From an uncultured Acidobacteriota bacterium (lineage in GTDB: Bacteria; Acidobacteriota; Thermoanaerobaculia; UBA5066; DATFVB01), in contig CAWEYG010000003.1 in the NCBI GenBank assembly GCA_963813155.1, positions 224,001-288,000 of the forward strand: a stretch of 64,000 bases of DNA, in the 5' to 3' direction. The position numbers and the translations under genes are program-made. Positions 1 to 9,974 of the stretch are shown one piece after another (position 1 is the stretch's first letter; each line of letters starts with the position of its first letter). The notes beneath the pieces are model-generated. The model was not told the origin of the DNA. It worked only from the letters and a program-made list of their open reading frames with translations, and did not search any database.

Positions 1-588
1 GGAAGACCGGTCGCGATCAAGGACCTGGCGCAGCTGCTGGAAGCGGAGCCCGAGGAGATCCGCGACGCGCTCGCGCTCCTCGCGGAGCACGCGTCCCCGG
101 AGGGCAGGGGAGTGTCCCTCGAGGAGGTAGCGGGAGGTTGGCGCTACGTGACCCGGCCCGAGCACGACGGCCTGCTTCGGCGCTTCTTCGAGATCAGCGA
201 GAGGAGCCGGTTGTCGCTTGCCGCTCTCGAGACTCTCGCGATCGTCGCCTATCGCCAGCCGATCACGGCGCCGGAAATTTCGGACTTGAGGGGAGTGAAT
301 TCCTCCGGAGTTCTGAAGACTCTGTTCGACAAGAAGCTGATCACGACGGCGGGAAAAAAACCCGTCGTGGGCACGCCGTTTTTCTACCGGACGACGCGGG
401 AGTTCCTCATCCGTTTCGGGCTCAACGACCTGGCCGACCTGCCGCGGCCCGAGGAGCTCGACAGCGACTTCGCCGCCGAGCCGGAAGCCGCCGACTCGGG
501 CACCGCCGAGCCGGCCGAGGCCGGGCCGTCCGAAGCGGCCTCGATCGCGGAAGCCACGCCGGAGTCGGTCGGACGCCCGTCCGAATGA
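1..588 (+). CDS. scpB: SMC-Scp complex subunit ScpB (5'-partial)
   Basis: Frame open from base 1; motifs LSLAALETLAIVAYRQPIT, RGVNS and YRTTREFLIRFGL. Confidence 0.93.
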   Translation, partial: GRPVAIKDLAQLLEAEPEEIRDALALLAEHASPEGRGVSLEEVAGGWRYVTRPEHDGLLRRFFEISERSRLSLAALETLAIVAYRQPITAPEISDLRGVNSSGVLKTLFDKKLITTAGKKPVVGTPFFYRTTREFLIRFGLNDLADLPRPEELDSDFAAEPEAADSGTAEPAEAGPSEAASIAEATPESVGRPSE

Positions 589-1346
589 GCGGAGAACGGC
601 TCCAGAAGATCCTCTCGGCCGCGGGCCTGTGTTCGCGGCGGGAAGCGGAGGAATGGATCGAGGAGGGCCGCGTGCTCGTCAACGGCGCGAAGGCCTCTCT
701 CGGGCAGAAGGCCGACCTCGCGCGGGACGCGATTCGCGTCGACGGCAAGCTGCTTCGGCCGAACCAGAGTCCTCGCCGATATGTCCTGCTGAACAAGCCG
801 AAGGGCTACATCACGACGACCGACGACCCCGAGGGCAGGCCGACGGTCCTTTCGCTGATCCCGCCGGGTCTGCGGAAGGGACTGAAGCCGGTCGGGCGCC
901 TCGACCTCGCTTCCGAAGGACTGTTGATCCTGACCGACGACGGCGATTTCGCGCAGGCCGTCGCGCACCCCTCGAGCGGCTTCGCAAAGAACTATCGCGT
1001 GAAGGTCTGGGGCGAGCCGGCGGAAAAAGACCTCGAACGGCTTCGCCGCGGCATCCTGATCGATGGCCGGCGAACCCGCCCGTGCGAAATCGAAAGCCAC
1101 CACACGACGACGGGCAAGAAGCCGCAGGAAGGGAATACGTGGCTGACGGTCGTTCTCCACGAGGGGCGAAGCCGGCAGATCCGGAAGATGTTCGATCGGA
1201 TCGGCCATCCCGTCTCGAAGCTCCGTCGGGTCTCGATCGGCCCGATCCGCGACGAGAAGCTCCGCGCGGGAGCCTTCCGGGCTCTCACCCGGGACGAGGT
1301 CCGAAAGCTTGCGCCGAAGGCCAAGGCCCCGGGCCGGAATGGGTGA
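585..1346 (+). CDS. rluB: 23S rRNA pseudouridine synthase (RluB/RsuA family)
   Basis: ATGA overlap with scpB; S4 domain ERLQKILSAAGLCSRR; catalytic VGRLD motif; EGRSRQIRKM. Confidence 0.88.
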   Translation: MSGERLQKILSAAGLCSRREAEEWIEEGRVLVNGAKASLGQKADLARDAIRVDGKLLRPNQSPRRYVLLNKPKGYITTTDDPEGRPTVLSLIPPGLRKGLKPVGRLDLASEGLLILTDDGDFAQAVAHPSSGFAKNYRVKVWGEPAEKDLERLRRGILIDGRRTRPCEIESHHTTTGKKPQEGNTWLTVVLHEGRSRQIRKMFDRIGHPVSKLRRVSIGPIRDEKLRAGAFRALTRDEVRKLAPKAKAPGRNG

Positions 1347-2013
1347 GACTCCCCGGATCATCGCGATCGACGGCCCGTCGGGCGCCGGAAAATCGACGCT
1401 CGCGCGCACCCTTGCCGCCCGGCTCGACCTTCCTTACCTCGACACGGGGGCCATGTACCGGGCCGTCGGCCTGCTCGCCCGCCGGAACGGAATCCCGCTT
1501 CCGATCGCGGACCTCGACGCGGTCGCCGAGCTGGCCCGCCGGTCGCGAATCGACCTCGCGACGTCTCCCTCGGGAACGTCCGTCTGGCTCGACGGCGACG
1601 ACGTTTCTCTCGCGATTCGGGAGCCCGAGATCTCTCTTTATGCCTCGGCCGTTTCGGCGATTCCGGGCGTCCGCCGCCTGCTCGTCGCCCGCCAGCGGGA
1701 GATCGGCCGGGAAAAGGGGGGCGTCATCGAGGGGCGGGACATCGGCTCGAAGGTATTCCCCGACACGCCGTACAAGTTCTATCTGACCGCGAGCGAGGAG
1801 GAGCGGGCCCGCCGGCGCCATGCCGAGCTTGAGGCCCGGGGCCTCTCCGAGCCCTACCCGAAGGTCCTCGACGAGATGCGGCAGCGCGACCGGAACGATT
1901 CCGACCGGGCCGATTCCCCCCTCCAGATCACCGAGGGCCACATCCGCCTGGACAGCGACGGGAAGACCCCGGAGGAGATCGTCCGCGAAGTCCTTGGGCT
2001 CGTAGGCCCTTGA
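1339..2013 (+). CDS. cmk: Cytidylate kinase
   Basis: IAIDGPSGAGKST, YLDTGAMYRA, EGRDIG. Confidence 0.95.
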   Translation: MGETPRIIAIDGPSGAGKSTLARTLAARLDLPYLDTGAMYRAVGLLARRNGIPLPIADLDAVAELARRSRIDLATSPSGTSVWLDGDDVSLAIREPEISLYASAVSAIPGVRRLLVARQREIGREKGGVIEGRDIGSKVFPDTPYKFYLTASEEERARRRHAELEARGLSEPYPKVLDEMRQRDRNDSDRADSPLQITEGHIRLDSDGKTPEEIVREVLGLVGP

Positions 2014-2039
2014 CTCGTTTACAGTTTCCGGGTTAGATT
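2010..2039 (+). promoter_or_regulatory. Putative sigma70 promoter for rpsA
   Basis: TTGACT (2010-2015), 18 nt spacer, TAGATT (2034-2039). Confidence 0.5.
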
Positions 2040-2059
2040 CACCTTTTGGGAAAATCCAG

Positions 2060-3850
2060 GTGCCAGGAGAAAAAGATCGCTTGAAGGAGTCCAAAAACCA
2101 CTCGATGGAAACAGAAACAGACACCGAGCTGAGCCCGGCGGAATACGAAAGCCTCATCGCCGAGTACGAAAACACCCTGAAGAACCTTCAGGAGGGGCAG
2201 ATCATCCGGGGACGGGTGATCCAGGTCTCCCCGTCCGAAGTGATCGTGGACATCGGTTACAAGTCCGAAGGCGTCATTTCGATCGCGGAATTCACCGACT
2301 ACGAAGGACGGGTCACGGTCGCCGTCGGCGACCGGATCGACGTCCTCCTGGAGTCGACCGAAGACCAGAACGGGTACGTCGTCCTCTCGAAGGACAAGGC
2401 CGAGAAGATGCGCGTCTGGGACGACGTCGAAAAGGCCTACCGCGACGGAACGAACGTCCGCGGCCGGATCATCGACCGCATCAAGGGGGGCCTCGCCGTG
2501 GACATCGGCGTGAAGGCGTTCCTTCCCGGGTCCCTCGTGGACACGAAGCCGGTGAAGAACCTCGACTTCCTGCGCGGCAAGGAGTTCGATTTCAAGGTCA
2601 TCTCCGTGGACAAGAAGCGCGGCAACATCGTGCTTTCCCGAAAGGCCGTGATCGAAGTCGAGCAGGAGTCGAAGAAGAAGGAAACGCTCGCCCAGCTCGA
2701 AGAGGGGCGCGTTCTCCGCGGAACCGTCAAGAACCTCACCGACTACGGCGCGTTCGTCGACCTCGGCGGCCTCGACGGGCTGCTCCACGTGACGGATATC
2801 TCCTGGGGCAGGATCAACCACCCGTCCGACGTGCTCAAGGTCGGCGACGAAATCGACGTCGTCGTTCTGAAATTCGACAAGGAGACCGAGCGGGTTTCGC
2901 TCGGGACGAAGCAGCTGACCGCGGACCCCTGGGAGCAGGTTCCCGAGAAATATGCCGTCGGATCGCGAGTTTCCGGCCGCGTCACGAACGTCACGGATTA
3001 CGGCGCTTTCGTGGAGCTGGAGCAGGGCATCGAAGGCCTGATCCACGTCTCGGAGATGTCCTGGTCCAAGAAGATGAAGAACCCCTCGAAGGTCGTCTCG
3101 GTCGGCGACTCGGTCGAGGCGATCATCTCGGACGTGAACACCGACACGCGACGAATTTCCCTCTCTCTCAAGAACACGCTTCCCGACCCGTGGGAAGGCG
3201 TGATGGAGAAATACGCCGTCGGAACCGAGATCACGGGAAAGGTGCGAAACCTGACGGACTTCGGCGCGTTCGTGGAGATCGAAGAGGGCGTCGACGGACT
3301 GATCCACGTGTCCGACATGTCCTGGACCAAGAGGATCAAGCATCCGTCGGAAGTCCTCAAGAAGGGCGACGAAGTCCGCGCGACGATCACCCACATCGAT
3401 CCCGAGAACCGGCGGATTTCGCTTTCGATCAAGGAGTTTCTCCCGAACGAGTGGGAAGACTTCAAGAAGAAGCACCAGGTCGGATCCGTCGTCGAGGGGA
3501 CGGTCACCCGAATCGCGGATTTCGGCGTTTTCGTCAACATCGACGGGATGGTCGAAGGGTTGATGCACGTTTCCGAGACCCCGCTCACGCGCGGCCAGAA
3601 GCCCCAGGAGTTCTACGCCGAAGGCCAGAAGGTACGGGCGACGATTCTCCGGATCGAGGACGAGGAAATGAAGGTCGGGCTTTCGTCCCGCGAAACGGCC
3701 GAACCCGTCGCCGAGGCGCCGGCCGCGGCGGCGGCCCCGGTGGAGGCGGCCCCGGAGGCCGCCGCGCCCGAAGTCGTCGCGGAGCCGGAGGCTCCCGCCC
3801 CGAAGAAGAAGCGGACCCGGAAGAAGGCGGGCTCGAGCGAGTCCGAATAA
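2060..3850 (+). CDS. rpsA: 30S ribosomal protein S1
   Basis: Repeated S1 domains (TDYGAFVDLGGLDGLLHVTDISW etc.); follows cmk; Ala/Pro-rich C-terminal tail. Confidence 0.97.
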   Translation: MPGEKDRLKESKNHSMETETDTELSPAEYESLIAEYENTLKNLQEGQIIRGRVIQVSPSEVIVDIGYKSEGVISIAEFTDYEGRVTVAVGDRIDVLLESTEDQNGYVVLSKDKAEKMRVWDDVEKAYRDGTNVRGRIIDRIKGGLAVDIGVKAFLPGSLVDTKPVKNLDFLRGKEFDFKVISVDKKRGNIVLSRKAVIEVEQESKKKETLAQLEEGRVLRGTVKNLTDYGAFVDLGGLDGLLHVTDISWGRINHPSDVLKVGDEIDVVVLKFDKETERVSLGTKQLTADPWEQVPEKYAVGSRVSGRVTNVTDYGAFVELEQGIEGLIHVSEMSWSKKMKNPSKVVSVGDSVEAIISDVNTDTRRISLSLKNTLPDPWEGVMEKYAVGTEITGKVRNLTDFGAFVEIEEGVDGLIHVSDMSWTKRIKHPSEVLKKGDEVRATITHIDPENRRISLSIKEFLPNEWEDFKKKHQVGSVVEGTVTRIADFGVFVNIDGMVEGLMHVSETPLTRGQKPQEFYAEGQKVRATILRIEDEEMKVGLSSRETAEPVAEAPAAAAAPVEAAPEAAAPEVVAEPEAPAPKKKRTRKKAGSSESE

Positions 3851-3857
3851 GAGCGCA

Positions 3858-4133
3858 ATGACGAAAGCCGAATTGATCGAGAAAGTCCTGGCGGCGGCCG
3901 ACCTGAACAAGAAGGAAGCGGAGGCGGCGGTCGAAACGTTCTTCGACTCCATCATTCGGTCGTTGCGGGGCGGGGAAAAGATCGAGCTGCGGGGTTTCGG
4001 GTCCTTCCGGCTCCGATCGCGCGGCGCTCGCGTGGGAAGAAACCCGAAGACCGGCGAAAAGGTCAACGTTCCCGCGAAGCGAATCCCCTATTTCAAGCCG
4101 GGCAAAGAGCTCAAAGAACTCATCAACCGGTGA
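3858..4133 (+). CDS. ihfB: Integration host factor beta / HU family DNA-binding protein
   Basis: MTKAELI...IELRGFGSF...GRNPKTGEKV...YFKPGKELKE; follows rpsA. Confidence 0.85.
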   Translation: MTKAELIEKVLAAADLNKKEAEAAVETFFDSIIRSLRGGEKIELRGFGSFRLRSRGARVGRNPKTGEKVNVPAKRIPYFKPGKELKELINR

Positions 4134-4155
4134 CGCGGAGACCGGCGGGGCGCGA

Positions 4156-4656
4156 GTGGAGAACCTCTTTGCACCCTGGCGCCTGAAATACCTCATGTCG
4201 GAGAAGACGAAGTCCTGCATCTTCTGCGATGCGCTTCGGGCGGAGCCCGGGCCCGACAACCTCGTGGTCGACCGGAAGGATCGGGTGTTCGCGATGCTGA
4301 ACCGGTACCCTTACGCGAACGGGCACGTGATGGTGGCGCCGGTGGCCCACGAGGCCCGACTGTCCGAAAGCGACCCCGAGACCCTCGCCGAGTTGATCCG
4401 CGAAGTGGCGCTCTCGCAGGAGGTCCTCGACGGGCTCTACCGGCCTGCGGGCTTCAACGTCGGCGCGAACTTCGGCCGGGCGGGGGGAGCGGGCATCGAG
4501 GACCACTACCATTTCCACGTGGTGCCGCGGTGGGAGGGCGACGTGAATTTCATGACCGTGACGGGCGACACGCGCGTGATCCCCGAGGAGCTTTCGACGA
4601 CGCAGCGCAACGTCTCGTCGGCGTTCGAGAAGAAGCGCCAGGCGGTGTCCCGATGA
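4156..4656 (+). CDS. HIT-family hydrolase (Ap4A phosphorylase-like)
   Basis: LFAPWR...CIFC...NRYPYANGHVMV...HYHFHVVPRW. Confidence 0.9.
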   Translation: MENLFAPWRLKYLMSEKTKSCIFCDALRAEPGPDNLVVDRKDRVFAMLNRYPYANGHVMVAPVAHEARLSESDPETLAELIREVALSQEVLDGLYRPAGFNVGANFGRAGGAGIEDHYHFHVVPRWEGDVNFMTVTGDTRVIPEELSTTQRNVSSAFEKKRQAVSR

Positions 4657-5033
4657 ACAACGAGAAGGGCAACCTCTTCGTCGCCCTGCTCCTGGCGTGG
4701 CTCTTTCCGGGTCTCGGCCACGCCTACCTCGGGCGCCGTTCCACGGCGGTCCTCTACGCTCTCATCGTGACGGCGGCGTTCGCCCTGGGAGTCGGATACC
4801 ACGGAAAGCTGTACACCCAGGAGCCCGATCATCCGCTGACGATCCTCGCGACCTTCGCGTGTTACGGGGCGGGAATCCTCAACATCGGGGGCCGGCTGCT
4901 GCTCGACAATCCGGCGGGGAACATCCTCTCGCCGACGTTCGAATTCGGGTGCGCGTTTCTCCTGACGGCCGGCATGATGAATCTGCTGCTCATGCTCGAC
5001 GCCTACGACATCTTCACGGGAGCCAAGCCGTGA
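4653..5033 (+). CDS. Conserved membrane protein (DUF6677-like)
   Basis: LAWLFPGLGHAYLG...AGMMNLLLMLDAYD; ATGA overlap with the HIT gene. Confidence 0.75.
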   Translation: MNNEKGNLFVALLLAWLFPGLGHAYLGRRSTAVLYALIVTAAFALGVGYHGKLYTQEPDHPLTILATFACYGAGILNIGGRLLLDNPAGNILSPTFEFGCAFLLTAGMMNLLLMLDAYDIFTGAKP

Positions 5034-5215
5034 TCGCGACCGACCACTTCGTGGCGATGTCCCTCTACGCGCTGCTCACGGCGTCGTTCTTCGCCCTCCT
5101 GTGGCGATCCGGCCGGCGGGAACGGTGGAAGTACTTCGCTTTCGTTCTGCTTTGCATGCTCCTGGGGGCCATTGCGGCCGGGTGGGCGATGTACCCGGTC
5201 CCCCCCCACCCCTGA
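5030..5215 (+). CDS. Small two-helix membrane protein
   Basis: GTGA overlap; 61 aa with two hydrophobic segments ending WAMYPVPPHP. Confidence 0.65.
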   Translation: MIATDHFVAMSLYALLTASFFALLWRSGRRERWKYFAFVLLCMLLGAIAAGWAMYPVPPHP

Positions 5216-5222
5216 CTTCGCC

Positions 5223-6329
5223 ATGAACGTGCTGATCTCTTCCGGCGAATCCTCCGGGGATCGCCTGGGCGCCGCTCTCATGCGCGAAATGCACAAGCGC
5301 CGGGCGGGGATCTCCTTCCAGGGAATGGGAGGCCCCCGAATGCGGGCGGCCGGCCTCGAAACCGCGGTCGACTCGGAGACGGTCTCGGTCATGGGTTTCT
5401 TCGAGGTGATCGCGAAACTTCCGCGAATCTGGCTGTCCCATCGCCGCCTTTTGAGCCAGGCGCGCGACGGAAATCCGGCGCTCGCGATCCTCGTGGATTT
5501 TCCCGATTTTCATTTCCGGCTCGGCAAGGCGCTCGCGCGGCGGGGCATTCCGGTCGTCTACTACGTTTCGCCCCAGGTCTGGGCCTGGCGCCCCGGGCGG
5601 GTCCGGGTCATGAAATCCTTCGTCCGCCGAATGATCACGCTGTTTCCGTTCGAGGTCGAGATCTACCGGGAGGCGGGTATCGACGCGGTGTGCGCCGGCC
5701 ATCCCCTCGCCGACGAAGTGGAGATGGAGCTGGCGGCTTCGCCCGCGGCCCCCCGGGACCCGGCAAAAAAGCGCGTCGTCCTGATGCCGGGGAGCCGTCG
5801 CGGCGAGGTCCGCCGCCACTGGCCGATCTTTCGCGAGGCCGTCCGGAAGCTCGCCGAAACCTTCCCGATCGAGGCGTTCGTCGTTCCGGCCCCGGGACTG
5901 TCGCACGATCTCTTTCCGGGCGCGCAGCATGACGGCATTTCGATGTTCTCCGGAAATCTCGACGCCCTGCTCGCCTCGTGCGACGTTCTGATCGTCGCGT
6001 CGGGAACCTCCACTCTTCAGGGCGCCCTCTGCGGAGCGCCGATGGTCGTGGTCTATCGCACCTCGCCGGCGACGTTCGCGGTCGCCCGGAGACTCGTCCA
6101 GGTCAGCCACGTCGCCCTCGCGAACATCGTCGCGGGAGACCGGGTTGCTCCGGAGCTGCTCCAGGACGACGCGACTCCCGAGCGGATCGCGAGCGAGGCG
6201 GGCCGCCTCCTGCGGGATCCGGCCGCCGCCGAGAGGATGCGGGCGCGGTGGCGGACCCTGTGGGACCGGCTCGGCCCCCGCAACGCCGCCGCCCACGCGG
6301 CCGAGGCGGTTCTCCAGGTGATGCCGGCG
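5223..6329 (+). CDS. lpxB: Lipid-A-disaccharide synthase (read in frame into msbA in this sequence)
   Basis: ISSGESSGD, VDFPDFHFRL, YYVSPQVWAWR, MPGSRRGE, VASGTSTL. Confidence 0.92.
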
Positions 6330-8201
6330 ATGACGATCCTGCGGCGGCTCCTCGGCTACTTCCGGCCCTACCGGGGCCGAGCCGCGGCGGCTCTGCTCGC
6401 GATGGCGCTCGTCGCGCTCTCGACCGGCGCGCTCGTCTTCTTCTTTCGGTCCCTCTTCGACGACGTCCTCGCCCCGGCTCCCGGGAGCGGCGCGCAGACG
6501 GAACTGTTGTCGAAGATCGGAAAGGGCGGCGCCCCCTCCGCCGCGTCTTTTCGCCGTCTCGACGTGGCGTACGCCAACGTGAAGACCTCTCTGGCGCACC
6601 GCGGGATTCCGCTGAAGGTGGCCGTCCCCCTCCTCCTTCTGCTGGCGCTGATCTCGAAGAACGTCTTTTCCTACGTTTCCGAGTTCCAATTCAACGGGAT
6701 CGGGCTGTCGATGGTGCGCGACCTCCGGGCCGACGCGTACGACAAGCTGCTCTCTCAATCCTCGCGCTTCTACTCGGAATCGACGACCGGCGATCTGATG
6801 AGCCGGCTGCTCGGCGACGTCGAGTTGATCCAGGGGGCTTTCGGCACGCGGATCGCGGACCTCTTCCAGGGAATTCTCACGATCGCGGTGATGCTGACGT
6901 ACGTGATCCTCCTGAATCCCATGTTGACGCTTTTCGCGCTTGCCGTGGCTCCGCTTCTTCTCTGGCCGATCGTCGAGATCTCGACGAGACTTCGGAGGAC
7001 GACGTTTTCGTCGCGAGAGCGGATGGGGGAGATCGGCGACATCCTCGAAGAGACCGTCCGGGGTCACCGGATCGTGAAGACGTACGGGATGGAGCCCTTC
7101 GAGTCCGGACGATTCCGCGCCGCGAATCAGAAGTATTTCCGCGTCAACCTGAAGACGATCCGAATCCAGGCGATCTCCTCTCCCTTGATGGAGATCCTCG
7201 CGGGTTCGGGCCTGACCGCTCTGTTCCTGTACGCCGCGAACCAGATCAGCGCCGGACGGATGAAGATCGGCGATCTGCTTTCGTTCCTGATCGCGCTCCT
7301 GACGATGTACGCGCCGATCAAATACATCACGAAAGTGAATCTCGCGCTCCAGCAGGCGATTTCCTCGGCGGCGAGAATTTTCGACCTGATGGACCGGCCC
7401 AACGACATCCGAGAAGCCCCCGGGGCGCCGGGGCTCGCCACCTTTCACGGGGCAATCCGATTCGAGAACGTCTCGTTCCGCTACGGCGACGAGAACGTTT
7501 TGAAGGGCGTCACGCTGGAGATTCCGCGCGGCCAGACGGTCGCGCTCGTCGGGCCGTCGGGAGGGGGAAAGACGACGCTCGTGAACCTGCTTCCCCGGCT
7601 GTACGATCCGAATGAAGGGAGAGTCATGATCGACGGGCAGGACATCCGTTCGGTGACGATCGCGTCGCTGCGCGCCCAGATCGCGCTCGTCACCCAGGAG
7701 CAGGTGTTGTTCAACGGGACCGCCCGGACCAACATTGCTTACGGGCGCGACGATGCGCCCGAGGCCGACGTCGTGGCCGCGGCGAAGGCCGCCCGGGCCG
7801 ACGAGTTCCTGCGCGCCCAGTCCGAGGGTTACGACACGCCCGTCGGGGAGAACGCGGGACGCCTCTCCGGCGGTCAGCGGCAGCGCCTCTCCATCGCGCG
7901 GGCGTTCTTCAAGGACGCCCCGATTCTGATTCTCGACGAAGCCACCTCTCAGCTCGATTCTGAATCGGAGGCGGCGGTTGCCGACGCTCTCGTCAGCCTC
8001 ATGGCGGGCAAGACGACGCTCGTCATCGCGCATCGCCTTTCGACGGTCCGGCGGGCCGACCGTATCGTCGTGCTGGACGGCGGCTCGGTCGTCGAGGAAG
8101 GCACGCACGCGGAACTGCTGGCTCGGGGCGGGCTCTACCGCCGACTCTACGAGATGCAGTATTTCGATCGGGCGGCACAGGAAGCGGGAGCCCCCGCATG
8201 A
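6330..8201 (+). CDS. msbA: Lipid A export ABC transporter, MsbA-like (TMD + NBD)
   Basis: Transmembrane domain followed by GPSGGGKT, LSGGQRQR, ILDEATS, IAHRLST; adjacent to lpxB. Confidence 0.82.
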   Translation: MTILRRLLGYFRPYRGRAAAALLAMALVALSTGALVFFFRSLFDDVLAPAPGSGAQTELLSKIGKGGAPSAASFRRLDVAYANVKTSLAHRGIPLKVAVPLLLLLALISKNVFSYVSEFQFNGIGLSMVRDLRADAYDKLLSQSSRFYSESTTGDLMSRLLGDVELIQGAFGTRIADLFQGILTIAVMLTYVILLNPMLTLFALAVAPLLLWPIVEISTRLRRTTFSSRERMGEIGDILEETVRGHRIVKTYGMEPFESGRFRAANQKYFRVNLKTIRIQAISSPLMEILAGSGLTALFLYAANQISAGRMKIGDLLSFLIALLTMYAPIKYITKVNLALQQAISSAARIFDLMDRPNDIREAPGAPGLATFHGAIRFENVSFRYGDENVLKGVTLEIPRGQTVALVGPSGGGKTTLVNLLPRLYDPNEGRVMIDGQDIRSVTIASLRAQIALVTQEQVLFNGTARTNIAYGRDDAPEADVVAAAKAARADEFLRAQSEGYDTPVGENAGRLSGGQRQRLSIARAFFKDAPILILDEATSQLDSESEAAVADALVSLMAGKTTLVIAHRLSTVRRADRIVVLDGGSVVEEGTHAELLARGGLYRRLYEMQYFDRAAQEAGAPA

Positions 8202-9085
8202 GCGTCCGCAGCATGACCGGGTTCGGGCGCGCGCACGGGACGGCGGGCGACTGGAACGTCGACGTCGTCGTGCGCTCGGTGAACCACCGCTTCTTCGATC
8301 TGAGCCTGCGCGTCCGGGAGGATCACGCGGAGCTGGAGCCCGTCGTGCGCCGCGTGATCGCCGCGCGCGTCGCTCGCGGCAAGGTCGACGTGACGCTCCG
8401 GCTCCACCGCGCCCGGGATCCCCTCCACGAGATCACGATCAACGAATCCTTGCTGCAGGCCCTGCTCGCGCGTTTCACGGATCTTTCCGGCCGGTACCCG
8501 ATCGGGGGGCGTCTCGAGGTGCGCGATTTGCTGACGGTTCCTCAGGTCGTCCGCGTCGAAGGAACCGGCGAGAGCCTGGAAGGGGAGGAAGCCGAGAAGA
8601 TCGCCGCGGTCGTCGCGGTCGCCATCGACGAGCTCGTGTCGATGCGGGCGTCGGAGGGCAGCCTTCTCGCGGCGGACCTGCGGGAGCGCCTCGATTTTCT
8701 CCGTCAGCGTCTTTCGAGGATCTCCGCGGCCCGAAACGACGTGCTGAAACGCCTGCATGACGCCCTGAAGGAGCGTCTCGCCCTTCTTTTCGCGGAGACG
8801 CCGCTCGACAGCGGCCGCCTCGAGCAGGAGGCCGTGCTGCTGGTGGACCGATCGGACATCTCCGAAGAGGTGACGCGGCTCGCGTCCCATCTGGAGCAGT
8901 TCGAGGGTCTTCTCGGCGAGGGCGCCGAGCCGGTCGGAAAGAAACTCGATTTCCTGGCCCAGGAGATCCAGCGCGAGATCAACACGATCGGCTCGAAATG
9001 CCGCGACCTCTTCATCATGCGCGAGGTGATCGACATGAAGACGGAAACCGAAAAGATCCGCGAACAGGTTCAGAACCTCGAATGA
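8198..9085 (+). CDS. yicC: YicC/YloC family endoribonuclease
   Basis: RSMTGFG...SVNHRF...DISEEVTRL...GKKLDF..QE..RE.NTIGSK...EQVQNLE. Confidence 0.93.
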   Translation: MSVRSMTGFGRAHGTAGDWNVDVVVRSVNHRFFDLSLRVREDHAELEPVVRRVIAARVARGKVDVTLRLHRARDPLHEITINESLLQALLARFTDLSGRYPIGGRLEVRDLLTVPQVVRVEGTGESLEGEEAEKIAAVVAVAIDELVSMRASEGSLLAADLRERLDFLRQRLSRISAARNDVLKRLHDALKERLALLFAETPLDSGRLEQEAVLLVDRSDISEEVTRLASHLEQFEGLLGEGAEPVGKKLDFLAQEIQREINTIGSKCRDLFIMREVIDMKTETEKIREQVQNLE

Positions 9086-9705
9086 GCGAGCTCGCCGCGG
9101 GGGACCTCTTCATCGTGTCGTCGCCCTCCGGCGGAGGCAAGACGACCCTCATCTCGCGCCTGCTGACCCATCGGGGCGGCGACCTGCATTTCTCGGTTTC
9201 CCACACCACCCGGTCGCGCCGCTCGGGAGAGCAGGACGGACGGGAGTACCACTTCGTGTCGGCGAAGGACTTTCGGGAAATGATCGGGCGCGACGAGTTC
9301 CTCGAGTGGGCGGAGGTCCACGGAAACCTCTACGGGACAGCGAGGAAGGAAGTGCTTTCCCGCCTCCGCGCCGGGCAGGACGTGATCCTCGACATCGACG
9401 TTCAGGGGGTGCGGCAGGTCAAGCAGAAGTACCCGACCTCCATCGCGATCTTCATCCTTCCGCCTTCGGCCGAAGAGCTCAGTCGCCGCCTGCGGGCCCG
9501 GGGGCTCGACGACGAGGCCCAGATCGAGAAACGGCTCGCCAACGCGGCCCGGGAGATCGGGGAAGTGTCGCTGTACGACTATGCTATTATCAACGAGGAT
9601 TTGGACAAGGCTCTCGGCGGGCTGGACGCGATCGTCACCGCCGCTCGTTTGCGCCCGGGGCGTCTCCAGGAACAGGTCGCCAGGATTCGCAAGCAGTTTG
9701 TTTAG
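9082..9705 (+). CDS. gmk: Guanylate kinase
   Basis: SSPSGGGKTT, SVSHTTR, FLEWAEVHGNLYGT, LDIDVQG. Confidence 0.96.
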   Translation: MSELAAGDLFIVSSPSGGGKTTLISRLLTHRGGDLHFSVSHTTRSRRSGEQDGREYHFVSAKDFREMIGRDEFLEWAEVHGNLYGTARKEVLSRLRAGQDVILDIDVQGVRQVKQKYPTSIAIFILPPSAEELSRRLRARGLDDEAQIEKRLANAAREIGEVSLYDYAIINEDLDKALGGLDAIVTAARLRPGRLQEQVARIRKQFV

Positions 9706-9718
9706 AGGGAGTTGACAC

Positions 9719-9964
9719 GTGATTCAGAATCTACCCGAGGGAGTCGACAGCAAGTTCCGGATGGTCGTCCTGCTCGCCCGCCGCGCGGAGCAATTGATGC
9801 GGGGCGCCCGCCCGAAGATCGAGGGTGGGCCCTCGAAACCGACCCGGATGGCCGCACAGGAGTTCTCCGACAACCTGATTCGCTGGGACTTCGGCCCCGA
9901 GGGAGGGTTCCTCCCGACGGACGGCGAAGAGGTCGAAGCGGCGGACTCGGAGAACGCCGAATAG
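9719..9964 (+). CDS. rpoZ: RNA polymerase omega subunit
   Basis: DSKFRMVVLLARRAEQL; position between gmk and coaBC. Confidence 0.88.
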   Translation: MIQNLPEGVDSKFRMVVLLARRAEQLMRGARPKIEGGPSKPTRMAAQEFSDNLIRWDFGPEGGFLPTDGEEVEAADSENAE

Positions 9965-9974
9965 AATTCGTTCC

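Noticed and set aside
5076-8108. Long antisense and alternate-frame ORFs (this one and many others in the track)
   Set aside because: They are shadow ORFs of high-GC coding sequence, Arg/Pro/Gly-rich and without recognisable motifs.
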